This document shows positions 42,601 through 51,575 of a stretch of DNA of 64,000 nt, in pieces. The notes below the pieces were generated by a model. That model ran no database searches. It was not told the DNA's origin and was given only the letters and a program-made list of their open reading frames with translations. The first letter of the stretch is position 1. Every line of letters begins with the position of its first letter. Position numbers and translations under genes: made by a program. Origin of the DNA: Antedon mediterranea (taxonomy: Eukaryota; Animalia; Echinodermata); assembly GCF_964355755.1 (NCBI RefSeq), contig NC_092673.1, positions 3,906,001-3,970,000 of the forward strand, read 5' to 3'.

Positions 42601-45600
42601 GTAATATGATATTACAGCAATTTAAAGATAAAACATTTCAATTTTTGATTTTAATTTAATTAATTTAATACATATGCATGCTTTATGTTTTTTCTCACAT
42701 GCTAATAAAGTTCTCTTTTATAAAATTGAAAGGTTGATATTGTTATTTTTTCTATATAAATCAGTGTTTCATTTGAAGATTCCAAGTGATATTATTTCAT
42801 AAACAATATCATATACTGTAGAAAGCTTTTAAACAGTAAATGTATTAATAAGCTGGAACTCAAGACCAATCTGTGTCATGCCATTGTTTTTGCTGCGATT
42901 TCTTAACCCTAGTTATTTGCGGCAGCATCACTAATAGGCTGATTCTAGTGTTACGTCAGCATCAGACGTTTATGACGTCCATATTCGGTAAAAAAAAACT
43001 TAAGATAATCACCATGATTAAATTTACGAAGGAAATTAAGTCCCCTAAGGCTTCAATTGTGTCTTGTATGTAACTTAGATACGTTGATTAATTGTTATCT
43101 GGAAGTTTTTTTTAGATACTGATTTTTAATTTCCTTTAAATAATGATTAATTTAAAATAGATTACCGTATAGAACTTATGCAGTATCAAATGACAGATTT
43201 TGGTCCATCATTGGGATAAATGCTTTTTTCATTACATATCTGTAGATTAATTTAATTTAGTCATTTAGGACATCCCTGTTGAAATACTTAGTTTATAATT
43301 AAATTCTAAGTACCTAAGGAATGATTATCAAGATACAAAATTTGACATTCTTCAAATTGGTCCAACTTAATCTTGTGATGATGTTGTATAGAAGAGTAAA
43401 TATGTATGTAAAATATTAACGCCTTGCCGATCATTCAAAAGCGTTTTCGAATAAAGTTTGAATTTATAAAAAAGTTTACTTGCACATTGCATTTAAATCA
43501 GCAGCACATGTTCTTAAAATACATTACTAATTATTTACAATTCCAAAGTTATGTTAAAACAGTAAATTGAACTAAATAGAAATTAGGTAATATATTAAAA
43601 AGAATGTAACAATCAGATTCTTAACTCATAGTTGTAAAATGTACATTTCAGAAAACCTATTCCAAAGCTCTATCTACACTATTAAACTTTTTGTGTCAAA
43701 AAAATGTTATGTGCCCATATATGGACATGATAATGTCATATCACTACCATATTTAAGCATATCACTACCATATTTGGGCACATGACTAGTTTGATAGTTT
43801 AGACAGAGCTTAAGATAGTAATGATTTTCAACTATAAGATGTTTGTATTTATGTTGACGTTTTGAATTCTGTTTTTTCATTGTTTGTGTTGCTATTTTAC
43901 TAAATAAAATCGTATTTTGCAGGTTGAAGTTGTTGGTGGACAGAGAAAGTTCTTCCGAGCGTCGTTGGTATGTACAGTATTTATAAATCCTGAAATGTTT
44001 ATCTGAAAAGGAACCTAATTCTCTGCAATAGTCTACATTCTGCCAAACTTTTATCCAAATAGAAATAGGTCTCTTTTAATGCAGAACACTGTATTCTCTG
44101 TTTTTTCTTTCTCTTTTTTGATCGACAACAATGTCATTATAATAAACATCTGTCCTTGTAATGATTGTCTGATAAATAACACAGATTTCCACCTTAACAA
44201 GATTTAAATATGTTTGAAAGCTAATCAAATCTGACATTTAAATTCTGCAAATCTAAATAGTTACAGCGCTTAAATTAATTAACAATAATATTGTGTTTAT
44301 ATAGTTGTGTAGTGTGTACGGTAGTTGTGTTTAATGATTATTATGAGTTAAAGAGGTTAAAGATACTAGCTGCTTAACTTTAACTTTATTTATGGCCTAA
44401 TTACCCTGTCAATCATAGATGTAATGGTTGATGTGGGTGGGTTATTATCTATGCTATTTATCTACTAGCTCTTCAATTAAGCCCTTTAAAGTCCTTTATA
44501 ATGTCAGAGTATGAATATGTTAGGTTATTGCTTTTTTGTGTAAACACACCATTTGTATAGGTTTTCTCCAAGAAGATGGATTTTTTGAGTGTTTTTATCC
44601 TTAAGCTCTGTCTACACTATCAAACAAGTTTGACAAAAAAAGTGTGATGTGCTCAATTATGGTAGTGATATGTCATTGTGTCCATATGGACACATCACAT
44701 TTTATTGTCACATAAAGTTTGATAGTGTAGACAGTGCTTTAGAGAGATAATATGTCCTTTGAAATGTGTATGACAACCACAATTCATGCCTTCTTCTATT
44801 ATTAGTACATTATATATTAGGAGTAGTCTTCCAAAGTCTCACAACAATCCCAGAAGTTTCCAAATATGTAATCTCCTCTCTGCTGCCAAAGGTGACATTT
44901 TTCATGATTGTTTTGGATATGCAAAACATCCCATCAGTACATATACCATTAAGCATAGGTCCTTTTAATTTTTCCAAGTTGGGACCTATGATTAGGCACT
45001 TTATGTCCTAGTATAGTATAAAGGCCAATTTACACAGACAAGCGGTAATGTTAATAAAAATATAGAATCTATGTTATTCCTTATGACCATTTACACACAA
45101 CGTGGAGCGAATGGGGCGGTTTCCGCTCAGGATAGATACAGTACTGCCCGTTCACATGTTTTTATATTAGACATTTTACTTTTCTTTTTCAAACAATTTT
45201 ACAAATCAATGTTTTTATATGTGAATAAAGTGATTGGTCAAACTTTGTCAAGAAGCTATGGGATTTTCTGCTTACCGTTGTCTGAGTAAATTAGCCTTAA
45301 CAGTTACGTTTAGTTAAAAAGTATTTGTACAGTATATTCCTTATATTAATCTTGTTCCTGTTCTTATTTCTTTTGTAGCTTCCACAGAGTCGTACACAGT
45401 GTTATAGCCGAGGACATTTAAAAGGACTCCATATTACAACGATTCCGTTAAATAAGAAAAGGTTTGCATTTTATTATTAAATCAGGTTTTTACTATACTT
45501 GATGTTCAAGTAAATGTAGTGATTTTGGATATGCCGGCCCACCCCCACATTGAAAACAAAATTTCAGGGGTAAGATATGTTCAAGTACTGACCCGTGTTT

Positions 45601-48600
45601 TGTTGACCTATCTTAATATATATTATTTTGCATGCAAATTTAGAGATGGGTGTGGTAGTAAGAACCAACCAATTATATTAGGAAAACAAAAAAAAAAATA
45701 TAATGCAGATTTCAAAGGATAATAATAACCTGTAATATAATAAATAACATAAAATAATCATATTTCCAATAATCATTTACCATTTTAAAAGATAAAAGTA
45801 AGATATATTTTCATTTGTTTTTTAACATTAACAAATTCCAGACTATACCAGGTGGATTATGGGTTCAGAAGGTAACACAAAATGACAACAGTTTTTAGTA
45901 TTTTTACATTTTACAGTTTTTTCTGTTAATTTTATTTTCCTTTTCTAATTTTTTTGATTTTTTAATTGATGACCCATTTGGTTATTTTGGGTATTTTAAA
46001 ATTTAAATGTTAATAGATTCATTATGTCGATTTTTAAATACATTTTCAGGACTAATTTAAAAAATGATCCAGATAAGCTAAACATTGAAAACACGTAAAA
46101 TATTACCAATAACAACGATTAAAAAATTGCTATAACGAGAAATTGAGTTCAGAGGTTAACAAGTGGTAGTTTTATATTTCAAACCATTATTGTTTTACAA
46201 AATTATTAAAATATGATAATTCTTTTGCATTATTATTGATTGTTTATATCATTTTGTTTTATTTGTTTTGGTTTTAATTTGTTTAGGTTCTGTTTTGGGT
46301 TCTGGTTTTGTTTTCAGTTTTTTTAACATTTATTTCAGATTAAGTTTCACAATGTTGGATACTGACCATTCCATATATTTAAACCTAGCATTATTATTAA
46401 CAAATGTATATTATTTTTATGCAGGAAAACTCAAGTACAGGCAATGAACGTTGTTCCAACTGAGCAAGAGGGCGCTACTACATTGTTTTTGCGTTCTTAT
46501 TTCAACCTGAATGACAAATTTCCCGAAGCTCCACAATGTAATGAAATTGAGAATCTTCCAGGTATTAATATTTTTAGTATGGAGTTTTACATTATGTCTG
46601 CTTGATTTTGTAGCTTAGGAAAGTTCAATTGTCTTGCTTGGAACTAGTTAACTAGTGTTAAGCTCTGTCTACACTATCAAACTTTATGTGACAAAAAATT
46701 GTGATGTGCCCATATATGAACATGACGATGTCATATCACTTCCATAATTTAGCATATCACTACCATATTTGGGCACAGCACACTTCTTTGTCACATAAAG
46801 TTTGCTAGTGTAGACAGAGCATTTGATTGGATCCCAATGAAGCAGCAGGCATTGCAACAACATGATTATAATACTTGCCACTACAGAATAGCAATAATGA
46901 TCATGATTATTATTTTATTTTCAGACGAAAGTTTTGAAGGCCGTAATCCTGACAGTTTTACATTCGCAAGATATTCTTCCAAATCTCCTAGCAAAGAATC
47001 CTTGGAGTTTAACGCAACGTTAATCGATCCGGAAGGTGAAGTACGTTGTTTGGTACATGTAATTATAACGTGGAACACGCCTGGACCATTCGTTCAAGTT
47101 GTAAGTTAATCCGTTATAATACGCAATGTGTCATGTTTACTATGTTTAATAGTATCTAATTATCTAAATATAGCTTGTGTAAAGCTTTGTCCACACTATC
47201 AAACTGTGTGTGCCCAAATATGGTAGTGATATGCCCAAATATGGTAGTGATATGCCCAAATATGGTAGTGATATGCCCGAATATGGTAGTGATATGACAT
47301 GACAGGATGAGATGTACAGTCTTCTGTGTTGTACTACTACAATATTAGTATCTCATATCTTGGTACTGTATTAGTATCATCTCTTGCATTTGATAGAAAA
47401 ATCAAATTTCTTATGCGATCTAAAAAATACTGTACCTTTTAACTTAAATTGAATAACTAACTTTATAGCTTTCTTATTGGGTCCATTCTAAAGTAAATTA
47501 CATTAAATATTTGTGTACAGCCATTTAAAGGAACCTAATAGTATAAAGCTCTGTCTACACTATCAAACTTTATGTCATATCACTACCATATTTAAGCATA
47601 TCACTACCATATTTGGGCACATTGCACTGTTTTTGTTAAACTAGTTTGATAGTGTGGACAGAGCTTAATAATTATAGTTTTTGTTCATATTGGCATATTG
47701 CATTTTCTGTTTCTTGCAGTCTGACACGGTGCGATATGTAAACACATTGAATAATTGTGGAGCATTAGAAGCAGGACTTTGGACTGTTGCATTATTTCAA
47801 AGGGATGTCAAGGAACCTTTTCCCTACACCACTCAAGTATTTCTATCTAAACAAGGTAGCAAAAACTGGTTGGATTTTAAGCGTTCATCAGGTAAGTTTG
47901 CTATAAATTACTCCATGCATTTTTGTATTCCTTTAAAAAAAATTGGTACCTGATATAAAGGCTGTTTATATGTATGCAAGTTTCTTGTACTGAAGTATTC
48001 TTTTATGGATTTTATCTGAAATAAAATAATAAAGGGACCCTCATCCATTATCTCAGACAAAGTTTTACTGAACTTATTACCATACTCATGCTAGAAAATT
48101 ATCAAACTAAAAAAAGGTGGCCAATAGATTATATAACATATTGTAATTGAATATTAATATATAGATTATCATCACAACATTAAATTTCATGTTTTTTAGG
48201 AAACCTGAATAAAAATTGTGAAATGAGAGATAATTTAATTTTCTGTATACTTTTCACTAAGGTATATTGTTTCTAAAAACCTATCTGAGATTAAATAAGT
48301 AATGTTTTCTATACAGTTTTTAGAATCCCATTTTATGCAATTCTTGAATGGCAACTATATTTGTACCCAAGCTAAATGTCTAGGGATTACCAAAGTATCA
48401 CATGTATCTATAATCAAAGAAAGTTAAAATCAAAGAATGTCAGACTTATGGCCATGGCTTTATGAATGCCTTTATTTTAATAAACTGTTACTTTGTTTTA
48501 GATGATCTCAACGGTCTTTGGTTTACAGAGGACATTAAAGAACTTTCAAACGATGAATTACAAATACAATCAAAGTGGTCGCCTACAACACCGTTTGACA

Positions 48601-51129
48601 CCGAACTTGAAAAAATAAATGAAGATATTAAAAATATTCAGCGTCCAGGTGATAGGAACGGATATGAAAATAAAATACGGCAAAGGATTAACATGGGACA
48701 TGTGCGAGGTGCGGGAAGAGCCGACACCCAGGAGAGTCACGCGGAGATGGAGGCAGAGGAGGGGGAGATGAAGAACGTTGCGGTTGCAGACAATAAGAAT
48801 AATACGCCTGAAAAAGGCAACAGATATGCTGCGATTGGTAGTAGTGTTGGCAATCGGCCAAGAAAAGAAGAATTTAATAACCAAAAAGAAGATATGGGGA
48901 ATGAACCAATAGACAGACATATAAGGAGAGTTGAAGGATGGAATGATAGGATAGAAAGACATATAAATAAATACGAGTCTTTAAATTCTAAAGATTCGGA
49001 TAATTTAATAGGGTAAGTATAGAGTATCACGGTGTGACGTCACAACGATAGAGAGCGCTACATGGGTGCTAGCCAACCAAAAAATGCGTTCAACGCTACT
49101 ATGTTGATAAACTGTAAAGATCTGTATTTCTATCAAATTATGTATCTTAGCTGGATTTTTTAAAACTTAAACTGTAGTTGAAGAATAAATAGATTATTAA
49201 AAACACATATTTAGTGATCTTTTGAAATTTTAGTTTGTTTTTATTGAAAATTATTAAGTTTTAAAATGACTACTTCAATAAGACTATTCCAAACCTGACC
49301 TTGGAGTCACTCAGGCAGGTTGAACGCATTTTTGGGTGCGCTAGCAACCACGCAGCGCCACCTACTGTAGTGACGTCAGCACCGTGATACTCTATAGTTG
49401 TGTATATTAAAAACTAATAATATATATGTATTTGATTTGTAGTGGCATTATAGCTTGGCAGTTAAATTCTTAATTTCCAGACCTAGAGTTCTGTGTTCAA
49501 ATCTTCCACTATTCTTATACCCCTTTCACCTTGCCTCGTCAACACTGGAGTTTTTTTTATTTGTGCACTCCAGTGTTTGCTAGGCAATGTGAAAAGGGTA
49601 TTATAGACTTACAAATAGACTTAAATGTCAAGTTAGTTTTCTCTTCGGTATGCATAAGGAAATAATGCATAAATTAATTTATTCACAAAAAAAATATGAG
49701 ACACATTTATGAATTTTTTAAAAGTCTGCTTCTCTTACATCGATAACAAATGTTCTCAAATGTGCATTTGAAATCATTAATCTCCATTTTACATTCATAA
49801 ATTTGTAGTAGTTAAAAACTATAATGATGCATATTTGCATATAAATTATTTTGTTATTTGTTATGAATGTTTTAACGTTAATTTTTGTTCTCTCTCTCTT
49901 TCCCCAGAGGATCTCCTAACATCTTTACTTTATTACAATTTCTTCTGGTCTCTACAGTGGTATTTATATTTGTGAAAAGGTAAGAAAGATGCAATAATCA
50001 TGAATGTAATTTGTTTATAATATAATTATATAAACGCATTATGGAAGACTTTAATAGTCATAGTCATATATACTTTATTGTCCATTTAAAAAACAGAAAT
50101 GTGATTTGAAAACTGGCAAAATACAAAAATATAAAATACAATTTACAAAAACACACACAAAAAGTTAAGAGGCTAAAAATTGTTAAAATTAGATAAAAAT
50201 TATCGGTTACATTTTACCTTTGTACTCTGGAGTTATATAAGTGTATAGCATTAGTATAATTCTCCAGTTTTCAATCCAACTAATGCCAAATTCATTTACA
50301 TGATCATATTAATGGATGCATTAGAATAATAAGACCAAACTCAACACATAATGCCAGTAAAGCTTGGTTTCAACTAGTATGCAACGCAAGCATTAAACAA
50401 CAACAACATAAACCAAGTATTTTGACCAATTATGACATGAAGGATCCATTGTGTTGTGATTGGTCAACTTACTTGCCCAGTGGGAACCAAGCCATGTACA
50501 TGTTGTGCCTATCATAATTGTACAATACAACACACAATGTAGATTTTTACTTTTTAATGAGGCATTATTGAATGTTTCTCTCTGCTCTTTTTTCAGTGGT
50601 GATTTCTCTGTGAAGTGAATAGGCCTTTTAAAAGTATTAAACTTATAAAATAATTATTAAAGATGTATTGTCCCCCAAAAACATGAAATTAAATCAGACT
50701 TTGAATATGTTATTTTGTAAAAAAAAATAATGAAAAAATATAATGTTTTCACTTATAAAATGACAAAATAAATGGTTAAATTCAACCAAAAATCCATTGG
50801 CTGGCAGCCAATTTGACCATTTTTTGCTTTAAATTACATTTTTTCAGGTAAATACATTTTTTTTTTATCCAACTTTTGGTCAAAGTGGATAATTATTATG
50901 TTACATTAAAATGGAATATTCAGCAAAAATTTGTTTAAAAATTATTTTTTTCAGGAAGAAAATATATCTTTAAGGTAACACAGAATATTTTATTGTTTTT
51001 TGCAGTGTGTTGGTACCACTTCGGATAGTGAAGCGACGTGGAAACGGCATGAAGTCTTTTGTTACATTCCTAGTTATCTTCTCTGCGCTCCAGTTCGTTG
51101 TTTACATAACATTTCTGTACGTTCGATAG
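9559..51129 (+). CDS. Xylosyltransferase-like (GT14 / Core-2/I-branching family) gene, 5'-incomplete, 17 coding exons seen, at least 829 aa, with C-terminal membrane anchor
   Basis: Exons joined by eye at AG/GT sites keep phase throughout (2492 nt). Motifs in order: FGFLLLVH, LLRLIYRP..YVIHVD, WGSYDIVRAELE, FDFVINLSGADLPI, SQWAVFSR, PDESYF, CRHTEDIDFCG, FFARKF, then Xylo_C-like LIDPEG and GLWTVALF. Confidence 0.9.
9658..9814. mobile_element. MITE family A
   Basis: diverged TIRs, TTA TSD. Confidence 0.8.
9915..10298 (+). mobile_element. LINE (CR1/L2-like) 3' fragment
   Basis: SYIPRVTRIWNNLPSEI..S.SSFKTKL is typical of a LINE ORF2 C-terminus; followed by a stem-loop (aggtgtttagcacct) and an (aata)n tail. 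Confidence 0.72.
10614..10947. mobile_element. Tc1/mariner-pogo-like MITE
   Basis: TA-CAGTCGACCTTCTCATTTA ... TAAATGAGAAGGTCGACTG-TA; internal repeats of the ctcatttacgaac motif. Confidence 0.85.
12248..12406. mobile_element. MITE family A
   Basis: TIRs, TTA TSD. Confidence 0.85.
12621..12752. mobile_element. MITE family B, diverged
   Basis: taa-agcttggttcc ... cacttgcgttgcg ... aggaccaaatct. Confidence 0.7.
13308..13603. mobile_element. TTAA-flanked non-autonomous DNA element (Kolobok-like), copy 1
   Basis: TTAA-AGATGTATTGTCCCC ... GGGAGACAATATATTT-TTAA; three homologous copies in window. Confidence 0.75.
14389..14845. mobile_element. MITE family A with internal 21-bp unit expanded to 17 copies
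   Basis: right TIR intact, left TIR partly deleted; (atatgcccaaatatggtagtg)n at about 14415-14780. Confidence 0.88.
16855..16935 (+). CDS. XYLT-like exon (LQLLRLIYRPYFVYVIHVDQRRDEIRS)
   Basis: tttttcag / gtaagt; GT14 IHVD motif. Confidence 0.92.
17631..17869 (+). mobile_element. Family F element, left arm, core and tail (right arm degenerate)
   Basis: agtctattacgtgcctgcttacctggataaacccgacaata ... acaccatttctggtttgtgta. Confidence 0.75.
20084..20235. mobile_element. MITE family A
   Basis: TIRs and 21-bp units. Confidence 0.82.
21052..21171 (+). CDS. XYLT-like exon (ELNEK...ASWGSYDIVRAELE)
   Basis: ttcag / gtaaat; WG motif. Confidence 0.92.
22943..23085 (+). mobile_element. Family F element, left arm plus partial core
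   Basis: gtctatttcgtgcctagtttacctggataaaccgacaata...atacccctgt. Confidence 0.72.
23894..24008 (+). CDS. XYLT-like exon (GFEELMRMGAFDFVINLSGADLPIRDVDDLAAMFSTSR)
   Basis: ttgtag / gtgaaa; INLSG.D.P motif. Confidence 0.93.
24076..24378. mobile_element. MITE family A, composite copy with duplicated interior
   Basis: two cccatatatggacatgatgatgtc-like blocks, each followed by 21-bp units, between one pair of TIRs. Confidence 0.8.
25091..25243. mobile_element. MITE family A
   Basis: TIRs, TTA TSD. Confidence 0.85.
25304..25411. mobile_element. MITE family A, internally deleted
   Basis: left TIR, one unit, shortened right TIR. Confidence 0.78.
25471..26136. repeat. 34-bp tandem repeat built from 18+16-bp subunits
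   Basis: tgttcattttattacctg + tgttcatttatacctt. Confidence 0.96.
26284..26452 (+). CDS. XYLT-like exon (FNFMRING...HSTSQWAVFSR)
   Basis: ttgcag / gtaaaa; SQW..SR motif. Confidence 0.92.
26970..27690 (-). mobile_element. Degenerate non-LTR retrotransposon RT remnant (RTE-like)
   Basis: minus translation TSRQ*D...DGIA*DKRSINNLQYLDKVGLV resembles a decayed RQGD...GI....INNLRYADD..L. Confidence 0.45.
28195..28890. repeat. Diverged triplication of an approximately 180-bp unit; MITE B inserted in the third unit
   Basis: repeated ggctacagcctgtctacctctcaataccattt...gcatgactttagagattat. Confidence 0.8.
28577..28757. mobile_element. MITE family B (Harbinger-type, largely palindromic)
   Basis: AGCTTGGTTCCCACTAG...CTAGTGGGAACCACGCT, TAA TSD. 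Confidence 0.88.
29285..29562. mobile_element. TTAA-flanked element (Kolobok-like), copy 2
   Basis: homologous to 13308 copy; ends GGGGACAATATATCT-TTAA. Confidence 0.75.
29692..29823 (+). CDS. XYLT-like exon (DYLEMVLNP...IIPDESYFMSMLKVSPF)
   Basis: poly-T cag / gtaagt; PDESYF motif carrying the conserved GT14 Glu. Confidence 0.93.
29898..30045. mobile_element. MITE family A
   Basis: TIRs, TTA TSD. Confidence 0.85.
31034..31130. mobile_element. MITE family B, truncated
   Basis: taa-agctcggttcccact..acgcaacgcaag..gaccaatga..attggtcaactcact. Confidence 0.7.
31170..31750. repeat. About 120-bp tandem repeat, 4-5 copies
   Basis: repeated aatgttttcagcacaa..ctttctaatt.actttattaccctaatcaaa.ataaacatataactgaaatatttttatgaaatta. 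Confidence 0.92.
33900..34152. repeat. Polypyrimidine (C/T) low-complexity tract
   Basis: about 250 bp almost purely C/T on +. Confidence 0.9.
34858..35087 (-). mobile_element. tRNA-derived SINE, same family as 62567
   Basis: minus strand gagtggagttgtggtttggtggttatgatgcttggctaccaatcctgggttcaagt...; A/B-box-like head. Confidence 0.72.
35373..35475 (+). CDS. XYLT-like exon (KKFVHMNLH...CRHTEDIDFCGQ)
   Basis: tttcag / gtaaga; resembles XYLT C....VDWCG.SP. Confidence 0.92.
35502..35630 (-). mobile_element. Copy of the 40202 repeat
   Basis: atgctgtgggcatcagtgactggatatcaatggag...aatcaaaacgataaagtaaaacagcc. Confidence 0.58.
36245..36403. mobile_element. MITE family A
   Basis: TIRs and 21-bp units. 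Confidence 0.83.
36566..36750 (+). CDS. XYLT-like exon (GPGTFEE...LFFARKF...DSFI)
   Basis: tgttag / gtaatt; FARKF motif. Confidence 0.93.
37071..37257 (+). CDS. XYLT-like exon (QLAELAL...YWIDFSA)
   Basis: gtgtag / gtaagt; phase 2 to 0 fits neighbours. Confidence 0.88.
38536..38815. repeat. Diverged tandem duplication of about 145 bp
   Basis: taaata..gttat.gaaaactttacta.tagacc...ttaggtcatgtca.ttcat.gtgtgcatgcag twice. Confidence 0.8.
39515..39885. repeat. 23-bp minisatellite (gtcttttccttgtgtgggattt[a/t])
   Basis: about 16 units. Confidence 0.94.
40202..40385 (-). mobile_element. Penelope-like / retrozyme-like fragment with hammerhead core
   Basis: homologous segments at about 2393-2545, 35502-35630 and 61828-61890; minus strand has CTGATGA-stem-GAGA-GC-TC. 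Confidence 0.6.
40335..40382 (-). ncRNA. Minimal type I hammerhead ribozyme motif, probably inactive (GAGA in place of GAAA)
   Basis: catgca CTGATGA a gggc-tagtgtt-gccc GAGA gc TC tgctatg. Confidence 0.55.
41415..42595 (-). mobile_element. Non-autonomous Helitron
   Basis: minus strand starts A|TCTATATATAAAT and ends with a GC-rich hairpin (ggtacgcgagcgaagcgagcgtgcc) plus CTAG|T; no TSD. Confidence 0.78.
43666..43810. mobile_element. MITE family A
   Basis: TIRs and 21-bp units. Confidence 0.83.
43923..43967 (+). CDS. XYLT-like small exon (VEVVGGQRKFFRASL)
   Basis: tttgcag / gtatgt; 45 nt, phase 0-0, GC-richer than flanks. Confidence 0.75.
44604..44738. mobile_element. MITE family A
   Basis: TIRs, TTA TSD. 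Confidence 0.85.
45022..45297. mobile_element. Harbinger-type MITE, family C
   Basis: AGGCCAATTTACACAGACAAGCGGTAA ... TTACCGTTGTCTGAGTAAATTAGCCT, TAA TSD. Confidence 0.78.
45379..45461 (+). CDS. XYLT-like exon (LPQSRTQCYSRGHLKGLHITTIPLNKK)
   Basis: ttttgtag / gtttgc; phase 0 to 2. Confidence 0.82.
46425..46561 (+). CDS. XYLT-like exon (KTQVQAMN...EIENLP)
   Basis: atgcag / gtatta; phase 2 to 1. Confidence 0.85.
46661..46821. mobile_element. MITE family A
   Basis: TIRs and 21-bp units. Confidence 0.85.
46925..47100 (+). CDS. XYLT-like exon (ESFEGRNP...LIDPEG...PFVQV)
   Basis: ttttcag / gtaagt; phase 1 to 0. Confidence 0.88.
47183..47300. mobile_element. MITE family A, truncated (left TIR plus 4 units)
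   Basis: agctttgtccacactatcaaact followed by 21-bp units. Confidence 0.78.
47547..47665. mobile_element. MITE family A
   Basis: TIRs, TAA TSD. Confidence 0.86.
47720..47891 (+). CDS. XYLT-like exon (SDTVRY...AGLWTVALF...FKRSS)
   Basis: cttgcag / gtaagt; G.WTV motif as in the Xylo_C domain. Confidence 0.88.
48502..49012 (+). CDS. XYLT-like large exon, charged low-complexity stalk
   Basis: ttttag / gtaagt; 511 nt open frame, phase 1 to 2. Confidence 0.88.
49018..49396. mobile_element. Non-autonomous DNA element with about 75-bp imperfect TIRs (superfamily uncertain)
   Basis: TATAGAGTATCACGGTG...TGCGTTCAAC paired with GTTGAACGCA...CACCGTGATACTCTATA. Confidence 0.85.
49908..49979 (+). CDS. 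XYLT-like exon encoding hydrophobic helix 1 (GSPNIFTLLQFLLVSTVVFIFVK)
   Basis: strong pyrimidine tract tctctctctttccccag / gtaaga; phase 2-2. Confidence 0.82.
50361..50493. mobile_element. MITE family B, diverged
   Basis: taa-agcttggttt ... agtgggaaccaagc. Confidence 0.72.
50657..50973. mobile_element. TTAA-flanked element (Kolobok-like), copy 3
   Basis: TTAA-AGATGTATTGTCCCC ... AATATATCT-TTAA. Confidence 0.75.
51006..51129 (+). CDS. XYLT-like terminal exon with hydrophobic helix 2 (VLVPLRIVKRRGNGMKSFVTFLVIFSALQFVVYITFLYVR*)
   Basis: tttttgcag acceptor, phase 2, TAG stop at 51127-51129. Confidence 0.8.
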
Positions 51130-51435
51130 CACATACTGTTGTGTAACTTATAAGATAAGAAGCCAAAATTATATTGGAATGTATGTTAAACAACATTCCA
51201 TCACCTGTGTTAATATGCTAATTAAGGTGTGTATTAATCAGGTGCTCTTAAGGCCCGCCACACATTATAGATGATTTAAAACCGCTATGAAACACATCTG
51301 CTACAATGTTTTCAAAATTATTTAATAATATTTATATTCCTATTTTAATAATACACATTGCATTGTATTAAACAAAATCCTTTCGCCATTACAAATTTGT
51401 TTACTTAAATTTAAAACAGTTTTTTGACAAAATAA

Positions 51436-51575
51436 AGTTCTGTCTACACTATCAAAGCTTTATGTGACAACAATTGTGATGTGCCCATATATGGACATGA
51501 TGATGTCATATCACTAGCATATTTGAGAACATCACACTTGTTTGGCCAAACTAGTTTGATAGTGTAGACAGAGCT
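51436..51575. mobile_element. MITE family A, possibly nested in an older TIR element (about 51251-51634)
   Basis: TIRs; outer aggcccgccacaca...tgtgtggtgggttt imperfect inverted repeat. Confidence 0.8.

Noticed and set aside
44766-45011. Possible L1/Tx1 C-terminal remnant on minus (FWDC-like)
   Set aside because: Too decayed to support from sequence alone
48570-49030. Two minus-strand ORFs
   Set aside because: Antisense shadows of the large XYLT-like exon
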